From: an uncultured bacterium
Lineage (GTDB): Bacteria; Patescibacteriota; Patescibacteriia; Patescibacteriales; UBA12465
Length of the DNA: 64,000 bases
Assembly: GCA_903945435.1 (NCBI GenBank)
Contig: CAJAVM010000001.1
Span: 9,071-73,070, forward strand
Reading direction: 5' to 3'
Position numbers and translations under genes: made by a program. The notes below the pieces were generated by a model. That model worked only from the letters and a program-made list of their open reading frames with translations, did no database searches and was not told where the DNA came from. Position 1 is the stretch's first letter. Each line of letters starts with the position of its first letter. Positions 8,084 to 16,926 of the stretch are shown here, one piece after another.

Positions 8084-9877
8084 TTATTCTACAGTAACTG
8101 ACTTAGCTAAATTTCTTGGCTTATCAACATTTATCCCATTAGCGCTAGCAACGTAATAAGATATGAGTTGTAAGGAGACAATATTAACGAGCGGCGATAG
8201 CTCTTCGGAAACACTAGGAACAGTAATAACAAATTCCGATAATTTTTCAATGGTAGCATCTTTTGTATCGGTAATTGTAATTATACGTCCACCACGTGCC
8301 TGGACTTCCTGCATATTGCTAATAATCTTTTCAAAAATTGGGCCGTGATTAACAATAAATATTACAAACATGTTTTTATCAATCAGGGCAATCGGGCCAT
8401 GTTTCATTTCAGCCGCTGGATAACCTTCAGCATGAATATAAGAAACCTCTTTCAGCTTTAAAGCGCCCTCAAGCGCTACGGGAAAGTTTATTCCCCTCCC
8501 TAAATATAAAAGATTTTTTGCATTAACAAGATTCTGAGAAATTTCTTTGATAGTCTCTGCCTGATCTAAGATAGATTGTATTTTTTCTGGGATAGTTAAC
8601 AATTCCACACTCAAATCTTTATCGAGTTGGCCACTAATTTGTTCTTTCAAGTACAAAGCCAGCAAGACTAAAGAGGCAACCTGAGAAGTAAAAGCTTTAG
8701 TACTAGCAACACCAATTTCTGGTCCAGCATGTAAATAAATCCCAGACTTTACTTCACGCGAGATAGTAGAGCCAACACTATTAATAATTCCTAATGTCTC
8801 ACAATTCTTAATTTCTCTTAACGCCGCTAAAGTATCAGCAGTTTCTCCTGACTGTGAAATTACAACTAACAAATTATTTTCTCGTACAATTGGACTGCGA
8901 TAACGGAACTCCGAAGCATAATCTACTTCCGTCGGAATCCCCACAATTTTTTCTAATAAATATTTTCCGATTAAAGCCGAGTGCCAACTTGTTCCACAGG
9001 CGGTAATAATTATTTTATCTATTTTTTTTGAATCAAAATTAACTGAGAGCTTTATTTTATCATCCTTAATTCTACCACGCAGAGCATTAGCAATAGCTTT
9101 CGGCTGTTCAAAAATTTCCTTAAGCATGAAATGTTCAAAACCACTTTTTTCAATTTCTTCGATTGTCCATTTGATTTCTGTAATTTGATTATTAATACTA
9201 TGCCCATCTAAACTTTCAATTTTATATCCACTCTCGGAGATAGTAGCAATTTCGTTATCCTCTAAATAAATAACTTGATTAGTATATTCAATAATCGCCG
9301 AAGCATCAGAAGCAATAAACACTTCATCTGGACCAATTCCTAAGATTAGCGGTGACCCGCGACGTGCGGCTACTAATTTATTTTCACTGGTAGAAATAAC
9401 TGCCAAACCAAAGGTTCCTTCTAATAATCTAACTGCCTCTAAAACTGCTTGTTCTAAATTACCTTTATAAAATTTTTCGATTAAATGAGAGATAATTTCG
9501 GAATCGGTTTCAGAAACTATCTTATGTCCTTCTTTTTCCAATAAAATTTTCAGACCTTCAAAATTTTCTACGATTCCATTATGAACAACGGCAATATTAT
9601 GATGACAATCATAATGTGGATGGGCATTAATTTCATTAGGTCGGCCATGTGTCGCCCAACGTGTATGAGCAATGCCAATTTGGCTATCTAAACTTTGCTT
9701 CTCCAATTCTGTGGCTAGCATTTGGATTGGGCCTTCTTTTTTAAAAGTTCTTAAAGCACCATTTTCTAAAACACAAATACCGGCACTATCATAACCACGA
9801 TATTCCAATCTTTTTAAACCCGAAAGTAAAATAGGCGTAGCTGATTTTTTTCCTAAATAACCGACAATACCACACAT
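8084..9877 (-). CDS. glmS: glutamine--fructose-6-phosphate aminotransferase (isomerizing)
   Basis: Start moved to MCGIVGY (obligatory N-terminal Cys after Met; ATG at 9877). Class-II amidotransferase domain plus two SIS domains (SQSGETADT), ending in the canonical KSVTVE. Confidence 0.95.
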   Translation of the reverse strand: MCGIVGYLGKKSATPILLSGLKRLEYRGYDSAGICVLENGALRTFKKEGPIQMLATELEKQSLDSQIGIAHTRWATHGRPNEINAHPHYDCHHNIAVVHNGIVENFEGLKILLEKEGHKIVSETDSEIISHLIEKFYKGNLEQAVLEAVRLLEGTFGLAVISTSENKLVAARRGSPLILGIGPDEVFIASDASAIIEYTNQVIYLEDNEIATISESGYKIESLDGHSINNQITEIKWTIEEIEKSGFEHFMLKEIFEQPKAIANALRGRIKDDKIKLSVNFDSKKIDKIIITACGTSWHSALIGKYLLEKIVGIPTEVDYASEFRYRSPIVRENNLLVVISQSGETADTLAALREIKNCETLGIINSVGSTISREVKSGIYLHAGPEIGVASTKAFTSQVASLVLLALYLKEQISGQLDKDLSVELLTIPEKIQSILDQAETIKEISQNLVNAKNLLYLGRGINFPVALEGALKLKEVSYIHAEGYPAAEMKHGPIALIDKNMFVIFIVNHGPIFEKIISNMQEVQARGGRIITITDTKDATIEKLSEFVITVPSVSEELSPLVNIVSLQLISYYVASANGINVDKPRNLAKSVTVE

Positions 9878-9887
9878 AAAAATATAA

Positions 9888-10676
9888 TTAATAATTGATA
9901 AAAGTGTTGGTCTTAGACCGTATTTGAAAACCAGCTTTTTGATACATAGAAACAGCCATTTCCGAGCCAACCAAGCAGGCCTCATTATAACCCAATCTTT
10001 GCGCTTCTTGAAGTAAAACTTGCATCATTAAACTAGCATATCCACAACCACGAGCTGATTTAGCGGTTCCAATATTTTCAATAGAAAAGTTATCAAACGC
10101 GTAATATCCACCCGTAGAAACAGGGGTATCATTTTCGTAAATAACAAAAAATTTCAAATGCTGACTATCATTTCCTAAAACTAGCTTATCTAAAAAACCG
10201 AATTTACGATTATAATCAACTACCTGGTAGTTGAAAGCTTCAGCAAAAATTTTCTTAAAATGTTCTAAACTTTCAGATGTATCTACTGAGACTACTTTAA
10301 CATTATCAGGAAGGACATAATTAAAAATTTTATTTTTTAAACCTTGATTTATCATAACATAACCCGCATCTTTCAACTTAAATCCGTTAGCCGGCAGAAT
10401 ATCTTTGCAAACATGAGTAGCGGGAGCTTTAATACGAAAATCTGCTTCGCCAAAAAACTTTTTAATTGTTACTAAATCAGCCGCACTAAAAGAATCTCCC
10501 AACACATGAACATAATTATAAAGACTATCAATATAGGGGTCAGTCTTAATCAAAAAAAGATTGTCCAAATTTTTTTGAACAAGGTTAATGCCTACCTTAT
10601 TTTTTACGTAATCCAATAATTGATAAACCGTATAACGGGAGGGGTCAGTAGCGAATAAAGTCTTATTTATTTCCAT
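9888..10676 (-). CDS. GNAT-family acetyltransferase with N-terminal extension
   Basis: 262 aa. The C-terminal acetyl-CoA pocket pattern RGCGYASLMMQVLLQEAQRLGY ... MYQKAGF is present. Confidence 0.6.
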   Translation of the reverse strand: MEINKTLFATDPSRYTVYQLLDYVKNKVGINLVQKNLDNLFLIKTDPYIDSLYNYVHVLGDSFSAADLVTIKKFFGEADFRIKAPATHVCKDILPANGFKLKDAGYVMINQGLKNKIFNYVLPDNVKVVSVDTSESLEHFKKIFAEAFNYQVVDYNRKFGFLDKLVLGNDSQHLKFFVIYENDTPVSTGGYYAFDNFSIENIGTAKSARGCGYASLMMQVLLQEAQRLGYNEACLVGSEMAVSMYQKAGFQIRSKTNTFINY

Positions 10677-10691
10677 ATTATGTATTTTCAG

Positions 10692-11102
10692 CTATTTTCT
10701 AATTCTCATTCCGGTTTTAAATAGTTCAAAACCAAATTTATTATAGAATGGTATTAACAAAGCTTTATTTTCTGGGTCAGCGAATAAACTAATTGAGCTA
10801 AACTTCTTATCTTTGGTAAAAGCTAACAAATTATTCATTATCATTTTTCCTATTCCCTTACCTTGATAATCTTTATGGACAACAATATCATAAAACATAC
10901 ACATAACCCCATCTTCAACGATTCTACCCATACCAACGAGTTTATCTTCATCGAATACACTATAAACAAAAGACGACTTATCTAAAATTTCACGCCATTT
11001 TTCTTCTCCTCGTTTAGTACACCAGCCCACAGAAAATCTAAGAGCATTTATTTGCTCCCAGTTTATATCCTTATTTGTTGATTCTGTTAATTTCATATAC
11101 AA
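10692..11102 (-). CDS. GNAT-family N-acetyltransferase
   Basis: 136 aa. IVVHKDYQGKGIGKMIMNNLL and FYNKFGF are classical GNAT motifs A/B. Confidence 0.8.
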   Translation of the reverse strand: MYMKLTESTNKDINWEQINALRFSVGWCTKRGEEKWREILDKSSFVYSVFDEDKLVGMGRIVEDGVMCMFYDIVVHKDYQGKGIGKMIMNNLLAFTKDKKFSSISLFADPENKALLIPFYNKFGFELFKTGMRIRK

Positions 11103-11175
11103 AAATTATAACATGTCGCTCCAAAATGATGAACTCCTACAAAAAATAGCCCTAAATAGGGCTATTTTCAATCTG

Positions 11176-11265
11176 CGGAGAGGCGGGGATTCGAACCCCG
11201 GATAGGAGTTAGACTCCTATAACAGGTTAGCAACCTGCCGCTTTCGACCGCTCAGCCACCTCTCC
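11176..11265 (-). tRNA. tRNA-Ser (anticodon GCU), no encoded CCA
   Basis: Reverse complement is GGAGAGGTGGCTGAGCGGTCGAAAGCGGCAGGTTGCTAACCTGTTATAGGAGTCTAACTCCTATCCGGGGTTCGAATCCCCGCCTCTCCG. It has anticodon loop TTGCTAA, a long variable hairpin and a CGGGG-TTCGAAT-CCCCG T-arm. Confidence 0.9.
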
Positions 11266-11329
11266 AATTTTTTTTATTTTTATGGTATAATCACTATATA
11301 AAATATCAAAACCATTGTCAAACAAAAAT

Positions 11330-11848
11330 ATGCCGGAAAACAACTTAAAATCATTAAAATGGCAAGTTCCTGAGTATCATGCTCCGGAAAGAAGTCGTTC
11401 TTGGTATATTATCGCTTTCATCTTTATCGCTATATCATTATTCTTTTGTTTCTTTTCCATTAACTCTTGGAAATTAGAATTCTTAGGATATAATTCAAAT
11501 TTCCTATTTGCATTAATAATGATAATGGCAGCTATCTTAACTATCTTTAACGAGAGCCGCCCGCCAATGGTCGTCGATGTTGATCTTGGTCCCGAGGGAA
11601 TTAAAATTGGTTCTAAATTTATTGATTATGATGAGATAAAACATTTTGCAGTATTATATAAACCAAAACAAAGTGTAAAAAGCATGTACCTAGAATTCAA
11701 AAATTCTATTCGTCCTCGTCTAGCTATTCCTTTAAGACGTATGGACGCCCTTACAGTACGTAACTATTTAGTTAGATATTTAGACGAAGACTTAGAAAGA
11801 ACCGACCCACCATTATCCGAACAGTTGACGAAACTGCTAAAACTATAA
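11330..11848 (+). CDS. hypothetical membrane protein
   Basis: The track ORF starts at TTG 11315. I prefer ATG 11330 (MPENNLKSLKW), downstream of a TGgTATAAT extended -10 at 11283-11291. Two TM segments precede a soluble C-terminal domain. Confidence 0.6.
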   Translation: MPENNLKSLKWQVPEYHAPERSRSWYIIAFIFIAISLFFCFFSINSWKLEFLGYNSNFLFALIMIMAAILTIFNESRPPMVVDVDLGPEGIKIGSKFIDYDEIKHFAVLYKPKQSVKSMYLEFKNSIRPRLAIPLRRMDALTVRNYLVRYLDEDLERTDPPLSEQLTKLLKL

Positions 11849-11868
11849 TAAGATAGGAACAGTTTTTA

Positions 11869-11943
11869 GCATCCATCGTTCAACGGATAGGACGCCAGCT
11901 TGCGGAGCTTGAAATCCAGGTTCGATTCCTGGTGGATGCACCA
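11869..11943 (+). tRNA. tRNA-Arg (anticodon GCG as folded by hand), CCA encoded
   Basis: GCATCCATCGTTCAACGGATAGGACGCCAGCTTGCGGAGCTTGAAATCCAGGTTCGATTCCTGGTGGATGCACCA. It has a perfect 7-bp acceptor, a GTTC/GGAC D-stem, a CCAGC/GCTTG anticodon stem (one C-U mismatch), loop TTGCGGA, and a CCAGG-TTCGATT-CCTGG T-arm. Confidence 0.8.
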
Positions 11944-11959
11944 ACACAAATTAATTATA

Positions 11960-13996
11960 ATGATTAATTTAGACTCAAAAATCACTGACATTTCCCGAGT
12001 GGGAAAAGTCGGCGCAAAACTTTTAAAAAAGCTCGGTCTGGAGAATATCCAAGACCTGCTTTTTTATTTGCCATTTCGCTATGATGATTTTAGTTCACTT
12101 TCAAAAATAGCCGACTTAAATGCTGGCCAAACAGTAAATATCCGTGGCGAAGTACAACTGATTCAAAACAAACGAAGCTTCAAAAGGCGCTTAAATATTA
12201 CCGAGGCTTTAATTAGCGATGAGAGCGATTCTATAAAAGTGATTTGGTTTAACCAGCCATTTATAGCAAAAAATATTAAAGTTGGTGATTTAGTTTCTCT
12301 AGCAGGGCGCGTTTCAGAAAGCCAAGGTCAACTAACCATGAATTCTCCTCAATACGAAAAAGTTTATTCTAATGAATTAATTCATACTCAGGGTTTAATT
12401 GCTAATTATCATTTAACTGAGGGACTCTCTCAAAAACAACTAAGATATTTTATACGACAAGTTATTCAACTCTCAGACATAGTTGAAGAATGGTTACCGA
12501 CTAATATCATAAAAAGGTTTGAGTTGCTTAATCTAAAAGATGCTTTAAAAAAAATCCATTTCCCTAAAAATTTAACAGACGCTGAAACTGCGAGACAACG
12601 TTTAGCTTTTTCAGAATTATTTTTGCGCCAATTAAAATCGCAAATGATAAAAAAAGAATTAAGTTCACAGAAAGCGATAACTATTAAATTTCAAGAACAA
12701 GCCACGCGTGAATTTGTTTCTAATCTTCCCTTTCAGCTAACTGATGATCAGAAAAAAACTGCCTGGGAAATACTTAAAGATATAGAAAAACCGCGACCAA
12801 TGAGTCGACTCATTGAGGGTGATGTTGGAAGCGGAAAAACTATTGTCGCAATCATGGCCATGTTAAATGTTGCCTTAAATAAAAAGCGCTCCGCACTCAT
12901 GGCGCCAACAGAGATTCTAGCCGAACAACATTTTAGGTCCTTAAATCAATTATTTAAAGGCTTAAATATAAGTGTAGAGCTAATGACTGGCTCTAAAAGA
13001 AATAAAGATGCCGGTAAGTCGGATATTATAGTTGGGACTCATGCGCTTATTCAAAAAGGAGCTGACTTTAAAGATTTAGCCTTAGCTATTGTTGATGAAC
13101 AACATCGTTTTGGTGTAAACCAACGTCAAAAAATTCTTGATTTCAATAAACAAGATAATGTTGTCCCACATTTTTTATCTCTTACGGCGACTCCTATACC
13201 CCGCTCTTTAGCCCTTGCTATATATGGCGATTTAGATCTTTCGATTATTAAAGAAATGCCTAAAGGCCGTAAAAAAATTATTACCAAATTAGTAAAAGAA
13301 GGTGAAAGGAAAAAAGCTTATAATTTTATCAGACAACAAATAAAATTAGGTCGCCAAGCTTTTGTAATTTGTCCATTAATTGAAGACTCCGACCAATTAG
13401 AAACAAAATCCGTAAAAGCGGAATACGAAAAATTAACAACAGATATATTTTCTGATTTAAACATCGGCCTATTACACGGTAAAATGAAGTCGATCGATAA
13501 GGAGGCGGTCATGAAAGATTTTTTAGAAAAGAAAATTGATATTTTGGTTTCAACTTCCGTTATTGAAGTCGGGGTTGATATTAAAAATGCGAGCGTGATG
13601 CTAATTGAGGGAGCGGAACGTTTTGGCCTTGCACAACTTCATCAATTTAGAGGCCGCGTTGGCCGTAGTGAGCATCAATCTTATTGTTTACTATTTACTT
13701 CCAAGGAAGAAATCACAAACGAAAAAACTATTGATAGATTAAAGGCGATGGAAAAATATAGCGACGGCTTTATGCTTGCAAAAATTGATTTGAAATTACG
13801 CGGGGCGGGAGAAATTTATGGTGATACTCAAAGTGGTTTTCCGGAGTTACAAATCGCTTCGCTATTTGATTATGAACTTATAAAAAAATCCGCTGATGAG
13901 GCTGCGGAAATAATTAAAGCAGACCCAAATTTAAAAGCACATCCTCTCTTAAAAATAAAATTGGGCGAATGGGAAAAACTAATTCATTTAGAATAA
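11960..13996 (+). CDS. recG: ATP-dependent DNA helicase RecG
   Basis: Start trimmed to MINLDSKITD (ATG 11960) so that it does not overlap the tRNA. Wedge/OB N-terminus, GDVGSGKT Walker A, DEQHRFG, TATPIPR and QLHQFRGRVGR helicase motifs. Confidence 0.95.
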   Translation: MINLDSKITDISRVGKVGAKLLKKLGLENIQDLLFYLPFRYDDFSSLSKIADLNAGQTVNIRGEVQLIQNKRSFKRRLNITEALISDESDSIKVIWFNQPFIAKNIKVGDLVSLAGRVSESQGQLTMNSPQYEKVYSNELIHTQGLIANYHLTEGLSQKQLRYFIRQVIQLSDIVEEWLPTNIIKRFELLNLKDALKKIHFPKNLTDAETARQRLAFSELFLRQLKSQMIKKELSSQKAITIKFQEQATREFVSNLPFQLTDDQKKTAWEILKDIEKPRPMSRLIEGDVGSGKTIVAIMAMLNVALNKKRSALMAPTEILAEQHFRSLNQLFKGLNISVELMTGSKRNKDAGKSDIIVGTHALIQKGADFKDLALAIVDEQHRFGVNQRQKILDFNKQDNVVPHFLSLTATPIPRSLALAIYGDLDLSIIKEMPKGRKKIITKLVKEGERKKAYNFIRQQIKLGRQAFVICPLIEDSDQLETKSVKAEYEKLTTDIFSDLNIGLLHGKMKSIDKEAVMKDFLEKKIDILVSTSVIEVGVDIKNASVMLIEGAERFGLAQLHQFRGRVGRSEHQSYCLLFTSKEEITNEKTIDRLKAMEKYSDGFMLAKIDLKLRGAGEIYGDTQSGFPELQIASLFDYELIKKSADEAAEIIKADPNLKAHPLLKIKLGEWEKLIHLE

Positions 13997-14020
13997 CCAC
14001 GAGTCTTAACTATAAATTTA

Positions 14021-14048
14021 GACAAGAAAAAAAGCATCTTTTTGAAGG
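14021..14048 (+). terminator. Rho-independent terminator after recG
   Basis: AAGCATC-tttttgaag-GATGCTT hairpin followed by T7. Confidence 0.7.
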
Positions 14049-14100
14049 ATGCTTTTTTTAAGACTTTGGTAGCCTTAGGATGTGTGAGACTTTTGTAGCC

Positions 14101-14388
14101 TCAGGCTGTTTTTGTTTTTTTGGTAAATAGATTACCAATTTCTTTTTGCCAGGCAGAAAGAACTAAAAGGATTAACAATGTGATTGCGGCGATTCCAGAC
14201 ACACATCCGGCATCGGGGTTAGCCTTGAGAATGTCACGGAACCAAGGAAGAAAGTCTCCTGTACCACGGCCTTCAAAAGCATAAAATATTAATGACCCGA
14301 CATAATACACCCATAACACAAAGTTAATAACGACAAAGGCGGCAGCGATAATTCCAACGCTAGCGGCAATAAGTTTTAAAGTCTTCAT
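14101..14388 (-). CDS. small hypothetical membrane protein
   Basis: 95-aa ORF with three hydrophobic segments, driven by a perfect consensus promoter. Confidence 0.6.
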   Translation of the reverse strand: MKTLKLIAASVGIIAAAFVVINFVLWVYYVGSLIFYAFEGRGTGDFLPWFRDILKANPDAGCVSGIAAITLLILLVLSAWQKEIGNLFTKKTKTA

Positions 14389-14438
14389 AATCAGCGATTT
14401 TTATTGTTATACAATGTTAATTTAAATGAACTAAAAGA

Positions 14439-14467
14439 ATTATAGCATATTATCTAGCTATTGTCAA
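14439..14467 (-). promoter_or_regulatory. sigma-70 consensus promoter (TTGACA-17 nt-TATAAT)
   Basis: Minus-strand read: TTGACA (14467-14462), atagctagataatatgc, TATAAT (14444-14439). Confidence 0.75.
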
Positions 14468-14521
14468 TACTTAAGAAATGTGTTGTTTCCTTGCCTATAT
14501 ATTAGCCATTTTCGAAGATAC

Positions 14522-14550
14522 TTGACAATAAGCTACTTATATACTATAAT
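14522..14550 (+). promoter_or_regulatory. sigma-70 consensus promoter (TTGACA-17 nt-TATAAT)
   Basis: TTGACA 14522-14527, a 17-nt spacer, TATAAT 14545-14550. It is divergent from the 14439-14467 promoter. Confidence 0.75.
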
Positions 14551-14598
14551 GTTTCTATCATAAATAGTCCTTTTTATTAACAAACAAAATTTCGCGTA

Positions 14599-14817
14599 AT
14601 GACTAAACAAAAAGTTATCAGAGCGATTTGCGCTCGGGAAAGTGGTTCGATTCAGAACCCAAGGGTTGAAGAAAAAAGAGTTATCGTTGATTTTATCGGC
14701 GAAACCAACAAAGAGCCCAAACCGGTTCTGTTTACAAACTTGAGATTCCCAAATCACAAGTTCCAAGCGGCCGCGGAAAAGCTGAAAGATTCCGTATTGG
14801 AACCAAGCCCAGCGTAA
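14599..14817 (+). CDS. small hypothetical protein in a GC-rich islet
   Basis: 72-aa ORF (MTKQKVIRAICARESGSIQNPRVEEKRVIVDF...) that fills the GC-rich stretch between a perfect promoter and a strong terminator. There is no obvious Shine-Dalgarno sequence, and an antisense ORF also stays open. Protein versus RNA identity is unresolved. Confidence 0.45.
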   Translation: MTKQKVIRAICARESGSIQNPRVEEKRVIVDFIGETNKEPKPVLFTNLRFPNHKFQAAAEKLKDSVLEPSPA

Positions 14818-14844
14818 AACGCAAAACAACACAAAACACAAAAA

Positions 14845-14875
14845 ACGAGCCAGATTCCTTCAGCTCGTTTTTTTC
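14845..14875. terminator. bidirectional Rho-independent terminator
   Basis: ACGAGC-cagattccttca-GCTCGT hairpin with A6 upstream and T8 downstream, between the convergent 14599-14817 (+) and radA (-) genes. Confidence 0.75.
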
Positions 14876-14902
14876 TTGATTCAATAATTATCTAAATAAT
14901 TT

Positions 14903-16252
14903 TTATTTTATAAACTCAACTAAATCATTTAAATTTTTAATCTTGGTAATTTCTAACTTTCCAGATTTAACTTCAGTATTCGGGATAAGGGCGGCTTTAA
15001 ATCCTAAACGTTCAGCTTCTTTCAATCTTTCCTCTAATCTAAAAATATTTCTTACTTCCCCGCCTAAACCAACCTCTCCTAAAACTATGGTATCACGTTT
15101 AAATGTTTTATTTAAATGTGAAGAAATAATTGCTGCTACCGCCGCTAAATCAAGCGCCGGGTCAGAAATTTTTAATCCACCAACAACATTTAAAATTATA
15201 TCCTGAGCTAATAAGTTAATATTTGTACGCTTAGAAATAACCGTGCTTAAAACCTGTAATCTATTCAAATCAAATCCGCTCGCTTTTCTTTGCGGATAAC
15301 CGAAGACTGTTTTAGAAGCTAGTGCTTGGAGGTCTATCATAAATGGTCTAGTTCCTTCAATTACACAACCAAGAACCGACCCCGAAATATCACCAGCACC
15401 AGTTTCAATAAAAACCGCGCCTGGATTTTTTACTTCCTTAAACCCGAGACTCGTCATCTCTAAAACTCCAAGTTCATTAACCGAACCAAAACGATTTTTA
15501 GTAGAGCGGAGTAAAGAATAATTATGACTTGTTTCTGATTCTAAAGATAAAACAGTATCAACAATATGTTCTAAAGATTTAGGACCAGCAATCTGACCAT
15601 CTTTAGTAATATGACCAATCATTAAAACAACAATATCATTTTCTTTTGCTAACTCTAGAAACTTAACTGCCGTTGCTCTAATCTGGCTAATACCGCCAGC
15701 CTCAGAAATTACCTGACTTGAATATACTGTTTGAATAGAATCAACAATTAAAATATCAGGCCTTAAAGATTTAGCCGCTGATACAATCTTTTCAACATTC
15801 GTTTCTGAGATAAATTTTAAATTATCTAAATTACAATTTAATCTATCTAAACGGCTTTTAACTTGAGCCGCCGACTCTTCACCGCTAGCATAAATAACCG
15901 ACAAATTACTATCTTTAGAGCCAGCAATTTGAGCGACTAAAGTTGATTTACCTATCCCTGGTTCTCCACTCAAAAGCACTAGCGAGCCCGGCACTAATCC
16001 CCCGCCTAAAACTCTATCTACCTCTTCTAAGCCTGTTTTAAGGCGTTTTAAAGCGCTGGATTTAATACTACGCAAATCTAGAACTTTAGCGACGCCTATT
16101 TTTTTCATCTCCTCCGCTTTTTCTTGATGAGAATCTAAAATCTGTTCATTCAAAGTTCCCCAAGACCCACATTCCAAACAGCGCCCACTCCATTTAGGAG
16201 ATTGGGCGTCGCAGTTGGAGCAAGTAAAAATTGTTTTTATAGAATTTGCCAT
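14903..16252 (-). CDS. radA: DNA repair protein RadA/Sms
   Basis: N-terminal zinc ribbon CSNCDAQSPKWSGRCLECGSWG, Walker A GEPGIGKST, the KNRFG motif and a Lon-like C-terminal domain. Confidence 0.95.
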   Translation of the reverse strand: MANSIKTIFTCSNCDAQSPKWSGRCLECGSWGTLNEQILDSHQEKAEEMKKIGVAKVLDLRSIKSSALKRLKTGLEEVDRVLGGGLVPGSLVLLSGEPGIGKSTLVAQIAGSKDSNLSVIYASGEESAAQVKSRLDRLNCNLDNLKFISETNVEKIVSAAKSLRPDILIVDSIQTVYSSQVISEAGGISQIRATAVKFLELAKENDIVVLMIGHITKDGQIAGPKSLEHIVDTVLSLESETSHNYSLLRSTKNRFGSVNELGVLEMTSLGFKEVKNPGAVFIETGAGDISGSVLGCVIEGTRPFMIDLQALASKTVFGYPQRKASGFDLNRLQVLSTVISKRTNINLLAQDIILNVVGGLKISDPALDLAAVAAIISSHLNKTFKRDTIVLGEVGLGGEVRNIFRLEERLKEAERLGFKAALIPNTEVKSGKLEITKIKNLNDLVEFIK

Positions 16253-16260
16253 TATTTCAT

Positions 16261-16890
16261 TTATTTAACCCAGTATGCCTTATCAACTAGCCAATCACCA
16301 TTCACTTTCTGTAAAGAAATTTCAATATTTTGATTATAAGCCTTCCCCTCATTTGCTTGGCCAGTACTCTCTCGACGTTGGGTGGTTACAATAATTTTAG
16401 CAGTCCCGGCGACATCATCATATTCTGCGATCTTGCTTACAATTGCTTCAGTGATAATTCCATAATACTCATCCCCATCTTTAGCCTCCGCTCTAAGACC
16501 AGCAACATATTCATCGGCCCAAATCTTCATATCATCAGTCATGAAAAGATTTAAATCAGTAAAATTACTATAATCAGAATAATTTGAAAATGAACCTATG
16601 CGGCGAGCTATTAATTCAGCTAATTTAATTAAATCGGTCTGATTAGTTGTGTGAGCTTTTTCTTTGCTAGGATCATATAGCTGATAATTTCTATCTCTAT
16701 CTCCCGGCGTAGTAGTCGGAACCTCGTCCACGGATGGAGATGACTGAGCAGTTATCATTGGAGGGGTTTCAATTACTATTGGCTCTGGCGCTTTATTACC
16801 TACAAAAAAACTGAAATAGATAATGAGCCCAAGAATAATAAGACCTAACACAATCATGATTATTCCTAGCGACTTACGATTGGTTTGCAT
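16261..16890 (-). CDS. hypothetical bitopic membrane protein (possible VirB8-like NTF2-fold component)
   Basis: 209 aa: an N-terminal TM (LGIIMIVLGLIILGLIIYFSFF), a Pro/Thr linker and a ~130-aa globular C-terminus. It sits directly downstream of the VirB4-like gene. The VirB8 analogy rests on topology alone. Confidence 0.3.
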   Translation of the reverse strand: MQTNRKSLGIIMIVLGLIILGLIIYFSFFVGNKAPEPIVIETPPMITAQSSPSVDEVPTTTPGDRDRNYQLYDPSKEKAHTTNQTDLIKLAELIARRIGSFSNYSDYSNFTDLNLFMTDDMKIWADEYVAGLRAEAKDGDEYYGIITEAIVSKIAEYDDVAGTAKIIVTTQRRESTGQANEGKAYNQNIEISLQKVNGDWLVDKAYWVK

Positions 16891-16926
16891 ATGTTTAAAA
16901 ATTTATTAAATATCAAACTAGCTCAG

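Noticed and set aside
9878-9985. N-terminal 36-codon extension of the glmS ORF.
   Set aside because: GlmS needs Cys as the first residue after Met removal, so MCGIVGY at 9877 is the real start. The extension would also overlap the upstream GNAT gene.
11900-11959. N-terminal extension of the recG ORF (MRSLKSRFDSWWMHQHKLII).
   Set aside because: It overlaps the tRNA-Arg gene (11869-11943). RecG homology begins at MINLDSK.
14533-14841. 102-aa minus-strand ORF across the GC-rich islet.
   Set aside because: The promoter (14522-14550) and the terminator polarity favour the plus strand. This ORF stays open mainly because the region is GC-rich, and no minus-strand start context is visible.
14551-14875. 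Possibility that the GC-rich unit is tmRNA, RNase P RNA, SRP RNA or 6S RNA.
   Set aside because: I looked for a tRNA-like acceptor and T-arm with a tag ORF ending in ...ALAA (tmRNA), for the GAGGAAAGTCC and ACAGAA.CCGGCTTA boxes (RNase P), and for the GGAA/AGCA SRP domain-IV motif. Only weak, wrongly spaced resemblances appear (gggaaagtgg, cagaaccca). A novel RNA is not excluded; see the findings.
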